From an uncultured delta proteobacterium (lineage in GTDB: Bacteria > Desulfobacterota > Binatia > Binatales > Binataceae), in contig CAVRVY010000004.1 of assembly GCA_963724765.1 (NCBI GenBank), forward strand, positions 1,408,001 to 1,472,000: a stretch of 64,000 bases of DNA, in the 5' to 3' direction. Below are positions 55,686 through 64,000 of this stretch, in pieces (positions within the stretch are counted from its first letter, which is position 1; every line of letters begins with the position of its first letter). A program made the translations under genes and the position numbers. The notes beneath the pieces were generated by a model. It did no database searches. It was given only the letters and a program-made list of their open reading frames with translations, and had not been told where the DNA came from.

Positions 55686-56846
55686 TCAGGCGAATCCGAG
55701 TTCCGTCGCGGCGATCATCTCCAGCACTTCATCGCGCTTGAGCGTGTGCAGCGGTGCCGAGCGCAGGTCGCGGAAGTAGCGTTCCAGCGGATTGCCCTTG
55801 AGATAGCCCTGGCCGCCGGCGATGCGGGTCGCCAGGTTCGCGACCTCCAGCATGTTCTCCGCGACAAACGTGCGCAGCGTCTCGATTGTCATCACCTGGC
55901 GCTCGCCGTAGGTCCGTCCCTCGGACATCTCGCGCGCTAGGCTGTAGATGAGCGTGCGGCAGGCCTCCAGCCGATTGTACATCTCGCCGAGCGCGAAGCG
56001 GGTCGCCGGCAAACTGCCCACCAACTGCCCGCTCTTCTGCAACTTGCGTGTCCGCGCGTATTCCAGCACGTAGTTATACGCGGCCTGGCCAATGCCAAGG
56101 TAAATCGCGGAGAAGGACAGGCAGTACCAGTGCGCCACCTTGACGAACTCCTCGAAAAAGTGACCCTCCTGACCAATCAACTGATCCTGCGCCGCGAAAA
56201 CGTCGCGAATCATAATCGTGTGGCTGCCCGTCGCGCGCATCCCCATCGCGTCCCAGTTTTCGATCACCTCCAGGCCGGGCGCATCGCGCGGCAGCAGGAA
56301 CACGCATCCGCCGGAAGCCGATCCCTTGTAATCTTCGAGCGAAGTGCTGATGCCAAAATAATCGACCACCGGCGAAAGGGTGCAAAAGACCTTCTGGCCG
56401 TTGAGCAGATAACCGCCTGGCACCTTGCGGGCCTTGGTGTTGGGCGAGAGGATCGAGCGCGCGCCGCCGCCCTCGGTGTAATATCCGTTCATCAGCATCT
56501 TTTTGCGGCCGGCGTTCTCCAGGTACAAGCCTTTCTGCGCCGCGCTCATGAACGGCGTATAGAAGCCCACAGAGTTGAGATGCATGTTGATCGCAAAGGC
56601 GGTGGCGCAGCAGCCCTGCACGAGCTGCTCCTGGGCCAGGATGAAGGTAAACGGATCGGCGCCCCAGCCGCCATTCTCCTTCGGCGTGGTCATGGCCGTG
56701 TAGCCGGTTTCCTTCAGGCGCGCGATATTTTCGAATGGGAAGCTGCCTTCACGGTCGTGCTGCTCCGCACGTGGCGCGAACTCCTGCGCAAGTTCCCTGG
56801 CAAGATTGATGATGCGCTGCTGCTCCGGCGTAAGCTCGACAAACAT
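55686..56846 (-). CDS. Acyl-CoA dehydrogenase-fold flavoprotein (YdbM/SfnB-like)
   Basis: FA.RA..HDR.G.FP.EN, LNG.K.F.T, W..MGMRATGS, LERYFRD. Start MFVELT at 56846. Confidence 0.88.
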   Translation of the reverse strand: MFVELTPEQQRIINLARELAQEFAPRAEQHDREGSFPFENIARLKETGYTAMTTPKENGGWGADPFTFILAQEQLVQGCCATAFAINMHLNSVGFYTPFMSAAQKGLYLENAGRKKMLMNGYYTEGGGARSILSPNTKARKVPGGYLLNGQKVFCTLSPVVDYFGISTSLEDYKGSASGGCVFLLPRDAPGLEVIENWDAMGMRATGSHTIMIRDVFAAQDQLIGQEGHFFEEFVKVAHWYCLSFSAIYLGIGQAAYNYVLEYARTRKLQKSGQLVGSLPATRFALGEMYNRLEACRTLIYSLAREMSEGRTYGERQVMTIETLRTFVAENMLEVANLATRIAGGQGYLKGNPLERYFRDLRSAPLHTLKRDEVLEMIAATELGFA

Positions 56847-56876
56847 GGATATCTCCTGCAAAGGGGATGCGCGCTT

Positions 56877-57347
56877 TCAGGCGCGCGTGATCGCGATCGC
56901 TTCGACCTCGATCAGCAGTCCGGGAAAGGCCAGCGCCGCGATCACCACCGCGGTGCTCGCGGGCGGGTCACTGCCGAAGATTTCGCTCCGCACCGCAAGC
57001 ATGTCCATGAACTTCGACCCGTCGGTGATGTAAGTATTGATCTTGACGATATCCTTCAGACCGCTCCCGGCGCTCTCGAGCACGCTCTTGATATTCTCGA
57101 AAACCTGACGGGTCTGCGCTTTCATATCGCCCTCGCCCACCAGCTTGCCGTCTGAATTGTAGGCGACCTGTCCAGAGACATAGATCGTGTTGCCGATCTG
57201 TTTGCCCTGAGCGAGCGGCAAGCGATCGTCCCACGCCCATCCTGGATCTACGGTCCGCCTTTGAGCAGGCGAAGCGGTTACCCGGCGCACCTTGGGGGCG
57301 CTGGTTTTGCCACGTCCGCGACCAAGCTGCTTCTTTTTGCCCGGCAT
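56877..57347 (-). CDS. RidA (YjgF/UK114) family protein
   Basis: IYVSGQV, QTRQVFENIK.VL..AG, PPAST, LIEVEAIA. Basic N-terminal extension. Confidence 0.92.
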   Translation of the reverse strand: MPGKKKQLGRGRGKTSAPKVRRVTASPAQRRTVDPGWAWDDRLPLAQGKQIGNTIYVSGQVAYNSDGKLVGEGDMKAQTRQVFENIKSVLESAGSGLKDIVKINTYITDGSKFMDMLAVRSEIFGSDPPASTAVVIAALAFPGLLIEVEAIAITRA

Positions 57348-57521
57348 ATTTTCTCCTGTCTAAATGGCGGAGCAGTGATGCTATAGAAGAGTCTTTATCC
57401 GGGAAGTTGAGAAAAAAGGCAAAGCTCGCGCGCCATCTTCCCGGAACTTGAGAGCGGCCTCATACGGCTCAGGCGAATTCTGACCAGCCCAAATGCCGCA
57501 GCGGCGCGGAGGAGGTCCCCG

Positions 57522-58373
57522 GTGAAAAGGAAGCTGACTCGGTTGCCCGGCCGTATGCTGGCGGCCGCGTTGTTCGGTCTCGTGCTGGCCGAGGCCGCAC
57601 CGTCGATCGCGCTGGCCCAAGCAAGCTCGCAGGCACAAGCACAGCGAGGATCGCTTGCCGAGGCGTACCGGATCATCGCCTCGAAGCAGTTCGTCGACCT
57701 CACGCACTCCTTCAGCCCGTTGACGCCGGTCTGGAAAGGGTTCGGCCAGGCAACGTTCTCGGCCGCCGCCAACCCCGCGACGGGGCGTCCCTACACAATC
57801 GAGAAGGATGGGTTTCGGGCGTTTTTCTACTCGATGGTCGGGCAGTACGGCACGCACGTCGACCCACCCGCGCACTTCGACCCCGACGGCGAAACGATGG
57901 ACCAGATCCCGCTCAAGCAGATGATCCTGCCGCTGGTGGTCTTCGATATGACACCGATCCTCAAGACGGATCCCAATCACGCGCTCAGCGTCGAGGACAT
58001 CAAGGCGTGGGAGCATCGGCACGGCCGGGTCCCGCCCGGGGCCTTCGCGGCGCTCCGCACCGACATGTACAAGGATTGGAACACCAATCAGCAGCGCTTC
58101 AAGCGCGCCCCATTCCCGGCCTGGTCGCTCGCCGCGATCCAGTTCCTCTACGAGCAACGCGGGATTGTGGCGAACGGTCACGAATCGATGGATACGGACG
58201 CCACCGACGACCTCAAATCCGAGGCCTGGCTACTCAAGCACGGCCACTGGCAGATCGAAGTGATGGCCAACCTGGACAAGGTTCCGGCCACCGGCGCGTT
58301 GATCGTCGTAACGTGGCCGAAGCCCGAGCACGGCCTGGGCTTTCCAGCGCGCGCGTTCGCGATACTGCCGTAA
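57522..58373 (+). CDS. Exported cyclase-family (kynurenine formamidase-like) metallohydrolase
   Basis: Signal peptide, VDLTH, GQYGTHVDPPAHF, GHE..DTD, QIE..ANLD.VP..GA, FPARAFAI. Confidence 0.9.
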   Translation: MKRKLTRLPGRMLAAALFGLVLAEAAPSIALAQASSQAQAQRGSLAEAYRIIASKQFVDLTHSFSPLTPVWKGFGQATFSAAANPATGRPYTIEKDGFRAFFYSMVGQYGTHVDPPAHFDPDGETMDQIPLKQMILPLVVFDMTPILKTDPNHALSVEDIKAWEHRHGRVPPGAFAALRTDMYKDWNTNQQRFKRAPFPAWSLAAIQFLYEQRGIVANGHESMDTDATDDLKSEAWLLKHGHWQIEVMANLDKVPATGALIVVTWPKPEHGLGFPARAFAILP

Positions 58374-58545
58374 CTGCGCGCCGCTGGTTTTGGCAAAATG
58401 CCCGCGTGAAAAATCAGACGTCACGAAAGCTTCACCAATGCCAAGGCGGACAAGATCGGCGCGGCGGGAATCTCCTACGACAAATCCGCTGATGTCGCGA
58501 GAGTGCGCAACGGTGTCAGTGACACAATGGCTGCTTCCACAGACG

Positions 58546-59281
58546 TCAGCAACGCTCTCGGGCCGTTGGCGTTTTCAGTTTGTTTTTGGCGGTTCGACTT
58601 TGCTTGCGGCCCTGAGCACGCCCGTTCAATTTGGCGGAGCGCTGCTGCGCGTGTGAAGATTCCGGGGACGATTCGTCAGTGAACCAGGCCGCGATCGTGA
58701 ATCGCTGACCGAATGTGATCGGGCGAACTTCATGAAGAGTGCTTGGACGAAAAGCGATCAGCAGGCCGGGCGAGGCCTCGAGCGGGAAGCCACACTTCTC
58801 CCACTGAGCGCCTTGGATCAGACCATAGAACGCCAAGGCCCCCCCCGCCGTAGCAATCTTGAGCCGTCGAATTCTCCCCCGCGGCATTCAGGAAGACAAC
58901 TACTGAAACTCGCCGTTTCAAAAACTCGGCGGGAGCGCCACGCGCGACGTCACGATGTGGTTTGTAAAAGTCCTCTGGTCCGTACCTAAGAAAATAAGGA
59001 CCATCACAACCCGTCAATGAGGTTTGAAAATGCTCTTCTAATTTTGGCTTCAGTTGCGCTAGCTGCGATTCGACCAAGAGCTCCGTGGACTTCGAAACGT
59101 GTGAGCACAACACTCGGCGGATGGACTCGTCCACTTCCACTTCGCGGGTCTTCGCGAGAATTTTTCCCTTGCGCGAAGCGGCCTCGAGCATTTCCGATCG
59201 GAGCCGTGCGCAAGACGCGAGGTCCAGGAAATCGTTGACGACGAATAGACCTAGCTTTCCAAAGAACTCAGGACGCGGCAT
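58546..59281 (-). pseudogene. 2OG-Fe(II) oxygenase frameshifted at a G8 tract (58839-58846)
   Basis: The 5' frame has LRY...FYKPHRD and VSVVVFLN...YGGG. The 3' frame has ALAFY...G.LIAF....LHEV.P...G.RFT...WF. Removing one G joins them. Confidence 0.85.
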
Positions 59282-59399
59282 CGTCGTCAGCCCGTAGCGG
59301 CCATACCCGTCACCATCACTTATCGAGCCTTTTGGTCAAGGCAGAGTCAAGTCAGGCAGGTGCTTTGGTGATTTTCTTCGTAATCGGGACGACGGATTC

Positions 59400-60332
59400 T
59401 CAGCCCGCCGAGCGGCGCACGCCGGCGTCGGCCGACCAGTCGGAGCACACGATGCACTCTTCGGCTAACTTGCCTTCCGCGGCCGCCGCTTTGTCGTCCT
59501 CGGTCTGATACGTCGGCTCTTCGGTGCGCTCGGTGCGGTTATCACCTTCGCCCGCTCCGGCATGTTTCCAGGAGTGATCGGCGCTCCACTCGAACGGCAG
59601 CATCTTGATCGAACCCGGCGTCTGAAGCGTCTCGAAGGCACGCAAGGTTTCGATCATGATCTGGCGCTGGAGCCGGCGGTCGAACGCCTTGCCCGCCGTA
59701 TGTCCCAACGGAAAATCATCGAAGACCGCTCGCGGCGGATTGACCGCGCGCGTGATGTCCAGCGCACTGCTCATCGTCATCGTGGGAAAACCGGCCGCTT
59801 CAGCGTGACGTGCGATCAGTCCGACGGACTGATGACACACGGGTCAAACAGGCACCAGCAGCGCGAGGTCGGCGCGCTCGGCCACCAGCCGTTCGGTAAT
59901 CGCCGGGGCCACTTCCTCGCGCACGCGGCGCGACGAATAGATTCCGCCCATGAAGGTAAAGGCGTGTTCGGTCAGTCCGCCGATGAATCCGTCTTGCACC
60001 AGGCCGCGGAGAGTATCGATCGGAAATACGACGTTGGGGTCCTTGCGCGCGTCGGTCTGGTCGTAAGCGAAATGCGAGGTGCGGAGTTCCTCCGTGCGGA
60101 CGTCGGTGGGAATGAGCCGCAAGCTCGTATCGTCCTTGGAATGAAAGGCGACCTGTCCGTGGCGATAGATCCCGCCCGAAGCGATCAGCGCCACGCGCGA
60201 TTGGTTAAGCGGCTTGCGAACCGGCTGCCAGGGCGGCGGGTCGGTGTTATAGACCCATCCGTAGGGTTTGTAGCCGAGCTTGGCATACTGCCTCGTGATG
60301 CTCGCGATATATTCGACCGGTCGTTCAGCCAT
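59400..60332 (-). CDS. PrdB/GrdB-like (glycine/proline reductase selenoprotein B family) putative selenoprotein, Sec163 (UGA at 59846-59844)
   Basis: KPL..SRVALI.SGG, D.S.R.IP, D.NVVFPID.L, FMG, LLVPV-[TGA]-PVCHQSVGL.AR..E..G.PT, PPRA....FPLG. The two ORF-track entries join in one frame to give 310 aa. Confidence 0.92.
59815..59833 (-). promoter_or_regulatory. Candidate bacterial SECIS hairpin of the PrdB/GrdB-like gene
   Basis: mRNA AUCAGUCC-GUC-GGACUGAU: perfect 8-bp stem. The loop starts with G, 19 nt after the UGA. Extendable lower stem GUGU/GCAC. Confidence 0.75.
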
Positions 60333-60445
60333 TCACGCGCTCCCGTGACAATCATTCTAACCAAAGCGGTATCTGCATGACAGCGGCATTACGGCGGCAG
60401 CACAGCGACGCGGCAGCCGTCGCGCCGGTCAACGCTAATTCTTGG

Positions 60446-61585
60446 CTAATGGCCTGCCGCGAGTTCGCGAAAGATCAGGATCTTCTGCACCTCGTTGGTA
60501 CCGTCGTAAATCTGAAACACGCGCGCGTCGCGATAGAATTTCTCGACCGGGTAGTCGTTGATGAAGCCGTAGCCGCCATGGACCTGAATCGCCGCCGAGC
60601 ACACGCGCTCGCACATCCGGGAGGCGAACAGCTTCGACATCGAAGCCTCCTTGATGCAACGTACCTGCTCCTCTTTCAGCGCGGCGGCGTGACGGCACAT
60701 CTGGCGCGCCACTTCGATCTCAGTCGCCATCTCGGCCAGCTTGAACGCGATCGCCTGATGCTCCGTCAGCTTTTTGCCGAACGCCTCACGCTCCCGGGCA
60801 TAAGCGAAGGCGGCGTCGAAAGCGGCGCGCGCGACGCCGATCGATTGCGCGGCGACGCCGATACGCCCGCTGTCGAGGCCGGAAAACGCGACTTTCAATC
60901 CGCGTCCAGGATCGCCGAGCATATTCTCGGCCGGAACTTCGAGATTCTCGAGCTGGATCTGGCAGGTGTCGTTGCTGCGATGGCCGAGCTTGTGCTCGAC
61001 TCGGAGCACATGGTAGCCGGGTTCGTCGGTGCGCGTCAGGAACGCGGAGATGCCGCGCTTGCCGGCCTCAGGATCGGTGACTGCGATCACCACCGCGACG
61101 GCGGCCGAGCGTCCCGAGGTTATGAGGGATTTCGTGCCATTGATCACGTAACGGTCGCCGCGGCGCACGGCGCGAGTGCGCAGATTGGCCGCGTCGGAGC
61201 CGGCTTGCGGCTCGGTGAGCAGCATGCAGCCGAGCTCGCGGCCGCTCGCCACCGGAGTCAGGAAACGATCCTTCTGCTCCGGCGTGCCGAAATCGCGGAT
61301 CTTGAAGCCGTAGGAGTTGCTGGCGCTGACCATGTTGCAGACACCGGCATCGCGGTAGGCGAGTTCCTCCGTCGCCAGCGCATAGGAGGTGAAATCCGCG
61401 CCGCTGCCACCCCATCGCTCCGGAATGCACACGCCGAATAGTCCCAGCGCGCCGATCTTGCGCAGCGTGTCCAGCGGTACCGTCGCGTCGCGGTCCCATT
61501 GCGCGGCGAAAGGAGTGACCTCCTTGCGGACGAACTCGCGCGTCATGTCGCGAATCGCAATCTGCCGCTCGGTGAGCTGGCTCAT
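60446..61585 (-). CDS. Acyl-CoA dehydrogenase
   Basis: LTEPQAGSDA, NGTK..IT, GRIG.AAQ..G, R.AFGK, QVHGGYG, IYDGTNEVQ. Start MSQLTER at 61585. Confidence 0.93.
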   Translation of the reverse strand: MSQLTERQIAIRDMTREFVRKEVTPFAAQWDRDATVPLDTLRKIGALGLFGVCIPERWGGSGADFTSYALATEELAYRDAGVCNMVSASNSYGFKIRDFGTPEQKDRFLTPVASGRELGCMLLTEPQAGSDAANLRTRAVRRGDRYVINGTKSLITSGRSAAVAVVIAVTDPEAGKRGISAFLTRTDEPGYHVLRVEHKLGHRSNDTCQIQLENLEVPAENMLGDPGRGLKVAFSGLDSGRIGVAAQSIGVARAAFDAAFAYAREREAFGKKLTEHQAIAFKLAEMATEIEVARQMCRHAAALKEEQVRCIKEASMSKLFASRMCERVCSAAIQVHGGYGFINDYPVEKFYRDARVFQIYDGTNEVQKILIFRELAAGH

Positions 61586-61723
61586 GCGCCCACCCCCCGG
61601 CGCCGAGGCGCCCAAACCAACCTGACGAATTCTGTTTGCATCACAGACCCGCTGTAGCAACGTTGATGATGAATTTCAAAGGTTGCCGCGCTGTTGTTAA
61701 GCTGCACGGACGAGGCAAGCGAA

Positions 61724-62506
61724 ATGGACTTTGAAACCATAATCACGCAGCAGGCAGGTCCGTCGTTCATCGTCACGCTCAACCGGCCGCATCGGCGCAA
61801 CGCCGTGGACCTTCAAATGATGGAGGAAATAATCGCGGCGGCGCGGCAGGCCGAGGCCGAGCCGACGGTGCGCGCCTTGATTATTACCGGCGGCAACAAC
61901 TACTTCTCGGCCGGAGCCGATCTCAACGACGCGCTGGCGGTCAAATCGCCGGCTGCCGGCGCAGACTACTTCGGCCGCTGGCATCACCTCAACGCGACGC
62001 TGGAGAAGCTGGGCAAGCCGGTGATTGCCGCGATCGAAGGGTTTTGCATGACCGGCGGCTGCGAGATGGCGCTCGCGTGCGACATCCGGGTCGCCGGCGA
62101 GGGGGCGAGCTTCGCCATTACCAGTTCCCGCATCGGCACCGTGCCGGGCGCGGGCGGCACTCAGCGTCTGCCACGTATCGTGGGAATCGCCAAGGCGCTG
62201 GAGTTGATGTTTTCGGCTGAAACGATTGACGCGGCGGAAGCTTACCGCATCGGGCTGATCAATCGTCTCGTGCCCGCGGGCGCCGCGCTCAAGGAAGCCT
62301 GCGCGATGGCGGCGGTCTACGAAAAGCGTGCGCCGCTCAGCCACGCTCTGATTAAGCGAGCGGTGCGCCAGGGCATGCAGGTGGACCTCGCCTCCGCGGT
62401 GGAGTTCGAGACCTTCGTGGTTAACACTATCTACGGCACCGAGGACAAGCACGAAGGAATTTCCGCCTTCCTGGAAAAGCGCGAGGCCTCTTTCAAAGGC
62501 CGCTAG
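61724..62506 (+). CDS. Enoyl-CoA hydratase/isomerase family protein
   Basis: LNRP...NA, FSAGADL, KPVIAAI.G....GG.E.ALACDIR, PGAGGTQRLPR. The second catalytic Glu is replaced (ITSSRIG). Confidence 0.92.
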   Translation: MDFETIITQQAGPSFIVTLNRPHRRNAVDLQMMEEIIAAARQAEAEPTVRALIITGGNNYFSAGADLNDALAVKSPAAGADYFGRWHHLNATLEKLGKPVIAAIEGFCMTGGCEMALACDIRVAGEGASFAITSSRIGTVPGAGGTQRLPRIVGIAKALELMFSAETIDAAEAYRIGLINRLVPAGAALKEACAMAAVYEKRAPLSHALIKRAVRQGMQVDLASAVEFETFVVNTIYGTEDKHEGISAFLEKREASFKGR

Positions 62507-62569
62507 ACATCGATTTCCGGCTGCTAGCGCCCGGCTGCTATTTTCAACCAGCCGTTAGAGGAGACGCGA

Positions 62570-63628
62570 ATGGAATTCGCAATCGCATACCCGGCCCGCC
62601 CCGATGCGTGGAAGGATCTCGTAATTGCCGAAGACCACGGATTCACTCACGCGTGGTTCTACGATTCGCAGATGCTCTACAGCGACGTCTTCGTCTGCCT
62701 GGCGCTCGCCGCGGAGCATACCAAACGGATCAAACTTGGCCCCGGCGTGGCGATCCCGTCCAATCGCATCGAGCCAGTCACCGCTCACTCGATTGCAACC
62801 ATCAACCAACTCGCGCCGGGCCGCGCGATGCTGGGGATCGGCACCGGATTCACCGGGCGCAATACGATGGGCCTGCCACCGATTCCGCTCGGCCGCCTTC
62901 GCGAGTACGTACAGAGCTGCCGGACGCTGCTCAGCGGCGATGAAGTGCTGTTCCACGAGGGCGAGCGCGAGCGATGGATTCGATTCCTGCATCCCGACCA
63001 CGGCTACATCAATATCCAGGAGCCAATTCCAATTCACATCGCAGCCAACGGCCCCAAGGCGATCGAACTGGCGGGCGAACTGAGCGACGGATGGATCACC
63101 ACGCTCTCGGACGCCGACCGGATGCGCAGTGACTTGATCCATCTAAGACGAGGCGCGGAGCGCGCCGGACGCAGCGTCACGAATTTCCCGATCATGATGA
63201 TGACGACCGGTTGCGTGCTCAAGCCGGGGGAATCGGCAAGGTCACCGCGCGTGATCGAGCGGGTCGGCCCGCGCGCGATCGTCCCGCTGCACGCGATGTG
63301 GGAACGGTCGGCGGTCACGCCGCCATGGATGGCGCGCGGCTTATGGGAACGCTATCGCGACGAGTACGTGGCCAGGATGCAAACGCCCGCGGACCGCCGC
63401 TACCTCGAGGTTCACGAGGGCCATCTCATCTATCTGAAGCCCGGCGAAGAGCGGTACCTCGACGAGGGGCTGATCCGCGCCACCACGCTGACCGGCACAG
63501 CCGAGGAAATAACAGCGCGCCTGAGGGCGTTGGAGGCAGCCGGTATCACGCAGGTCGCGATCCAGGTTGTGACGAAAGGGCGGGAGATGATCGAGGAGTT
63601 CAGTCGCGAGATAATCGCAAAATACTAA
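62570..63628 (+). CDS. LLM-class (Mer/F420-dependent-like) oxidoreductase
   Basis: AE..GF..AWFYDS, T.RI.LG.GV, APGR..LGIGTG, IAANGPK...LAGE..DG. Confidence 0.9.
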   Translation: MEFAIAYPARPDAWKDLVIAEDHGFTHAWFYDSQMLYSDVFVCLALAAEHTKRIKLGPGVAIPSNRIEPVTAHSIATINQLAPGRAMLGIGTGFTGRNTMGLPPIPLGRLREYVQSCRTLLSGDEVLFHEGERERWIRFLHPDHGYINIQEPIPIHIAANGPKAIELAGELSDGWITTLSDADRMRSDLIHLRRGAERAGRSVTNFPIMMMTTGCVLKPGESARSPRVIERVGPRAIVPLHAMWERSAVTPPWMARGLWERYRDEYVARMQTPADRRYLEVHEGHLIYLKPGEERYLDEGLIRATTLTGTAEEITARLRALEAAGITQVAIQVVTKGREMIEEFSREIIAKY

Positions 63629-63653
63629 GTGATGATATCCTTGAGACAATAGT

Positions 63654-64000
63654 ATGATCGAACACGGTTCCATTCGCGACGGCCGCGTCTTCGAATCCGC
63701 GAACGCCCTTAAGGTCACGCGCAAAATGATCGCGGACTTTTGCGCTGCGACCGGTGAAACCAATCCGCTGTATACGGATCCCGCAGCCGCGAAAGCGGGT
63801 CCTCATGGAGGCCTCGTGGCGCCGCCGCCGTTCGCCGCCATCTTCGACGACGGTGAAAATATTTTCGAGCATTTTCCCGAACTCGATACGCGCCGGCTGC
63901 TGGCCGGAATCGACGTGGAATTCCTGGCGCCGATCCGGGCCGGGGACTCGATAACGACGGTTTCCCGGGTCAAGGAAATTTACGAGAAGACCGGCCGCAG
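63654..64000 (+). CDS. MaoC/hotdog-fold dehydratase (3' truncated; absent from the ORF track)
   Basis: Manual translation: MIEHG...VTRKMIADFCAATGETNPLYTD..AA....GLVAPP.F...AGIDVEFLAPIRAGDSI...EIYEKTG. Confidence 0.85.
   Translation, partial: MIEHGSIRDGRVFESANALKVTRKMIADFCAATGETNPLYTDPAAAKAGPHGGLVAPPPFAAIFDDGENIFEHFPELDTRRLLAGIDVEFLAPIRAGDSITTVSRVKEIYEKTGR

Overview
High-GC bacterial chromosomal segment, densely coding, with about 65 CDS. I recognised no rRNA, tRNA, CRISPR array, integrase or transposase. The gene style suggests a soil or subsurface lineage such as Candidatus Binatia, which is inference only. Content in order: a MoxR-DUF58-BatA/VWA-VWA operon; SDRs; a MaoC-ACAD-MaoC-CitE operon resembling the lower ethylmalonyl-CoA (C5-dicarboxylate) pathway; an OPT transporter; a Fur/PerR gene with a perfect Fur box; thiL-CNNM-CNNM-larB-ubiB-like-alkZ-like; ferredoxin and reductase divergent from lexA; aguBA; an approximately 12 kb MarR-associated aromatic catabolic cluster; a two-component system with amtB; and CoA-metabolism genes. 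Main hidden signals: (1) Two genes split by the ORF track are very probably selenoproteins, each with an in-frame UGA at a Cys-equivalent position and a SECIS-like hairpin just downstream. They are an exported rhodanese (CxxxxU, 17290-17784) and a stand-alone PrdB/GrdB-like protein (UxxC, 59400-60332). (2) The aromatic cluster has an unusual enzyme set: NagGH-like Rieske oxygenase, ornithine-cyclodeaminase homolog, bicupin with only the C-terminal metal site, aldolases, LLM, PhdK-like ALDH, and a convergent SDR plus MetE-like pair tied in by a shared CTTAG-N4-CTAAG motif. (3) A 2OG-Fe(II) oxygenase is frameshifted at a G8 tract. (4) There are candidate LexA, Fur, sigma54 and NarL-type DNA sites. 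All family calls come from motif recognition by eye; no database searches were run.
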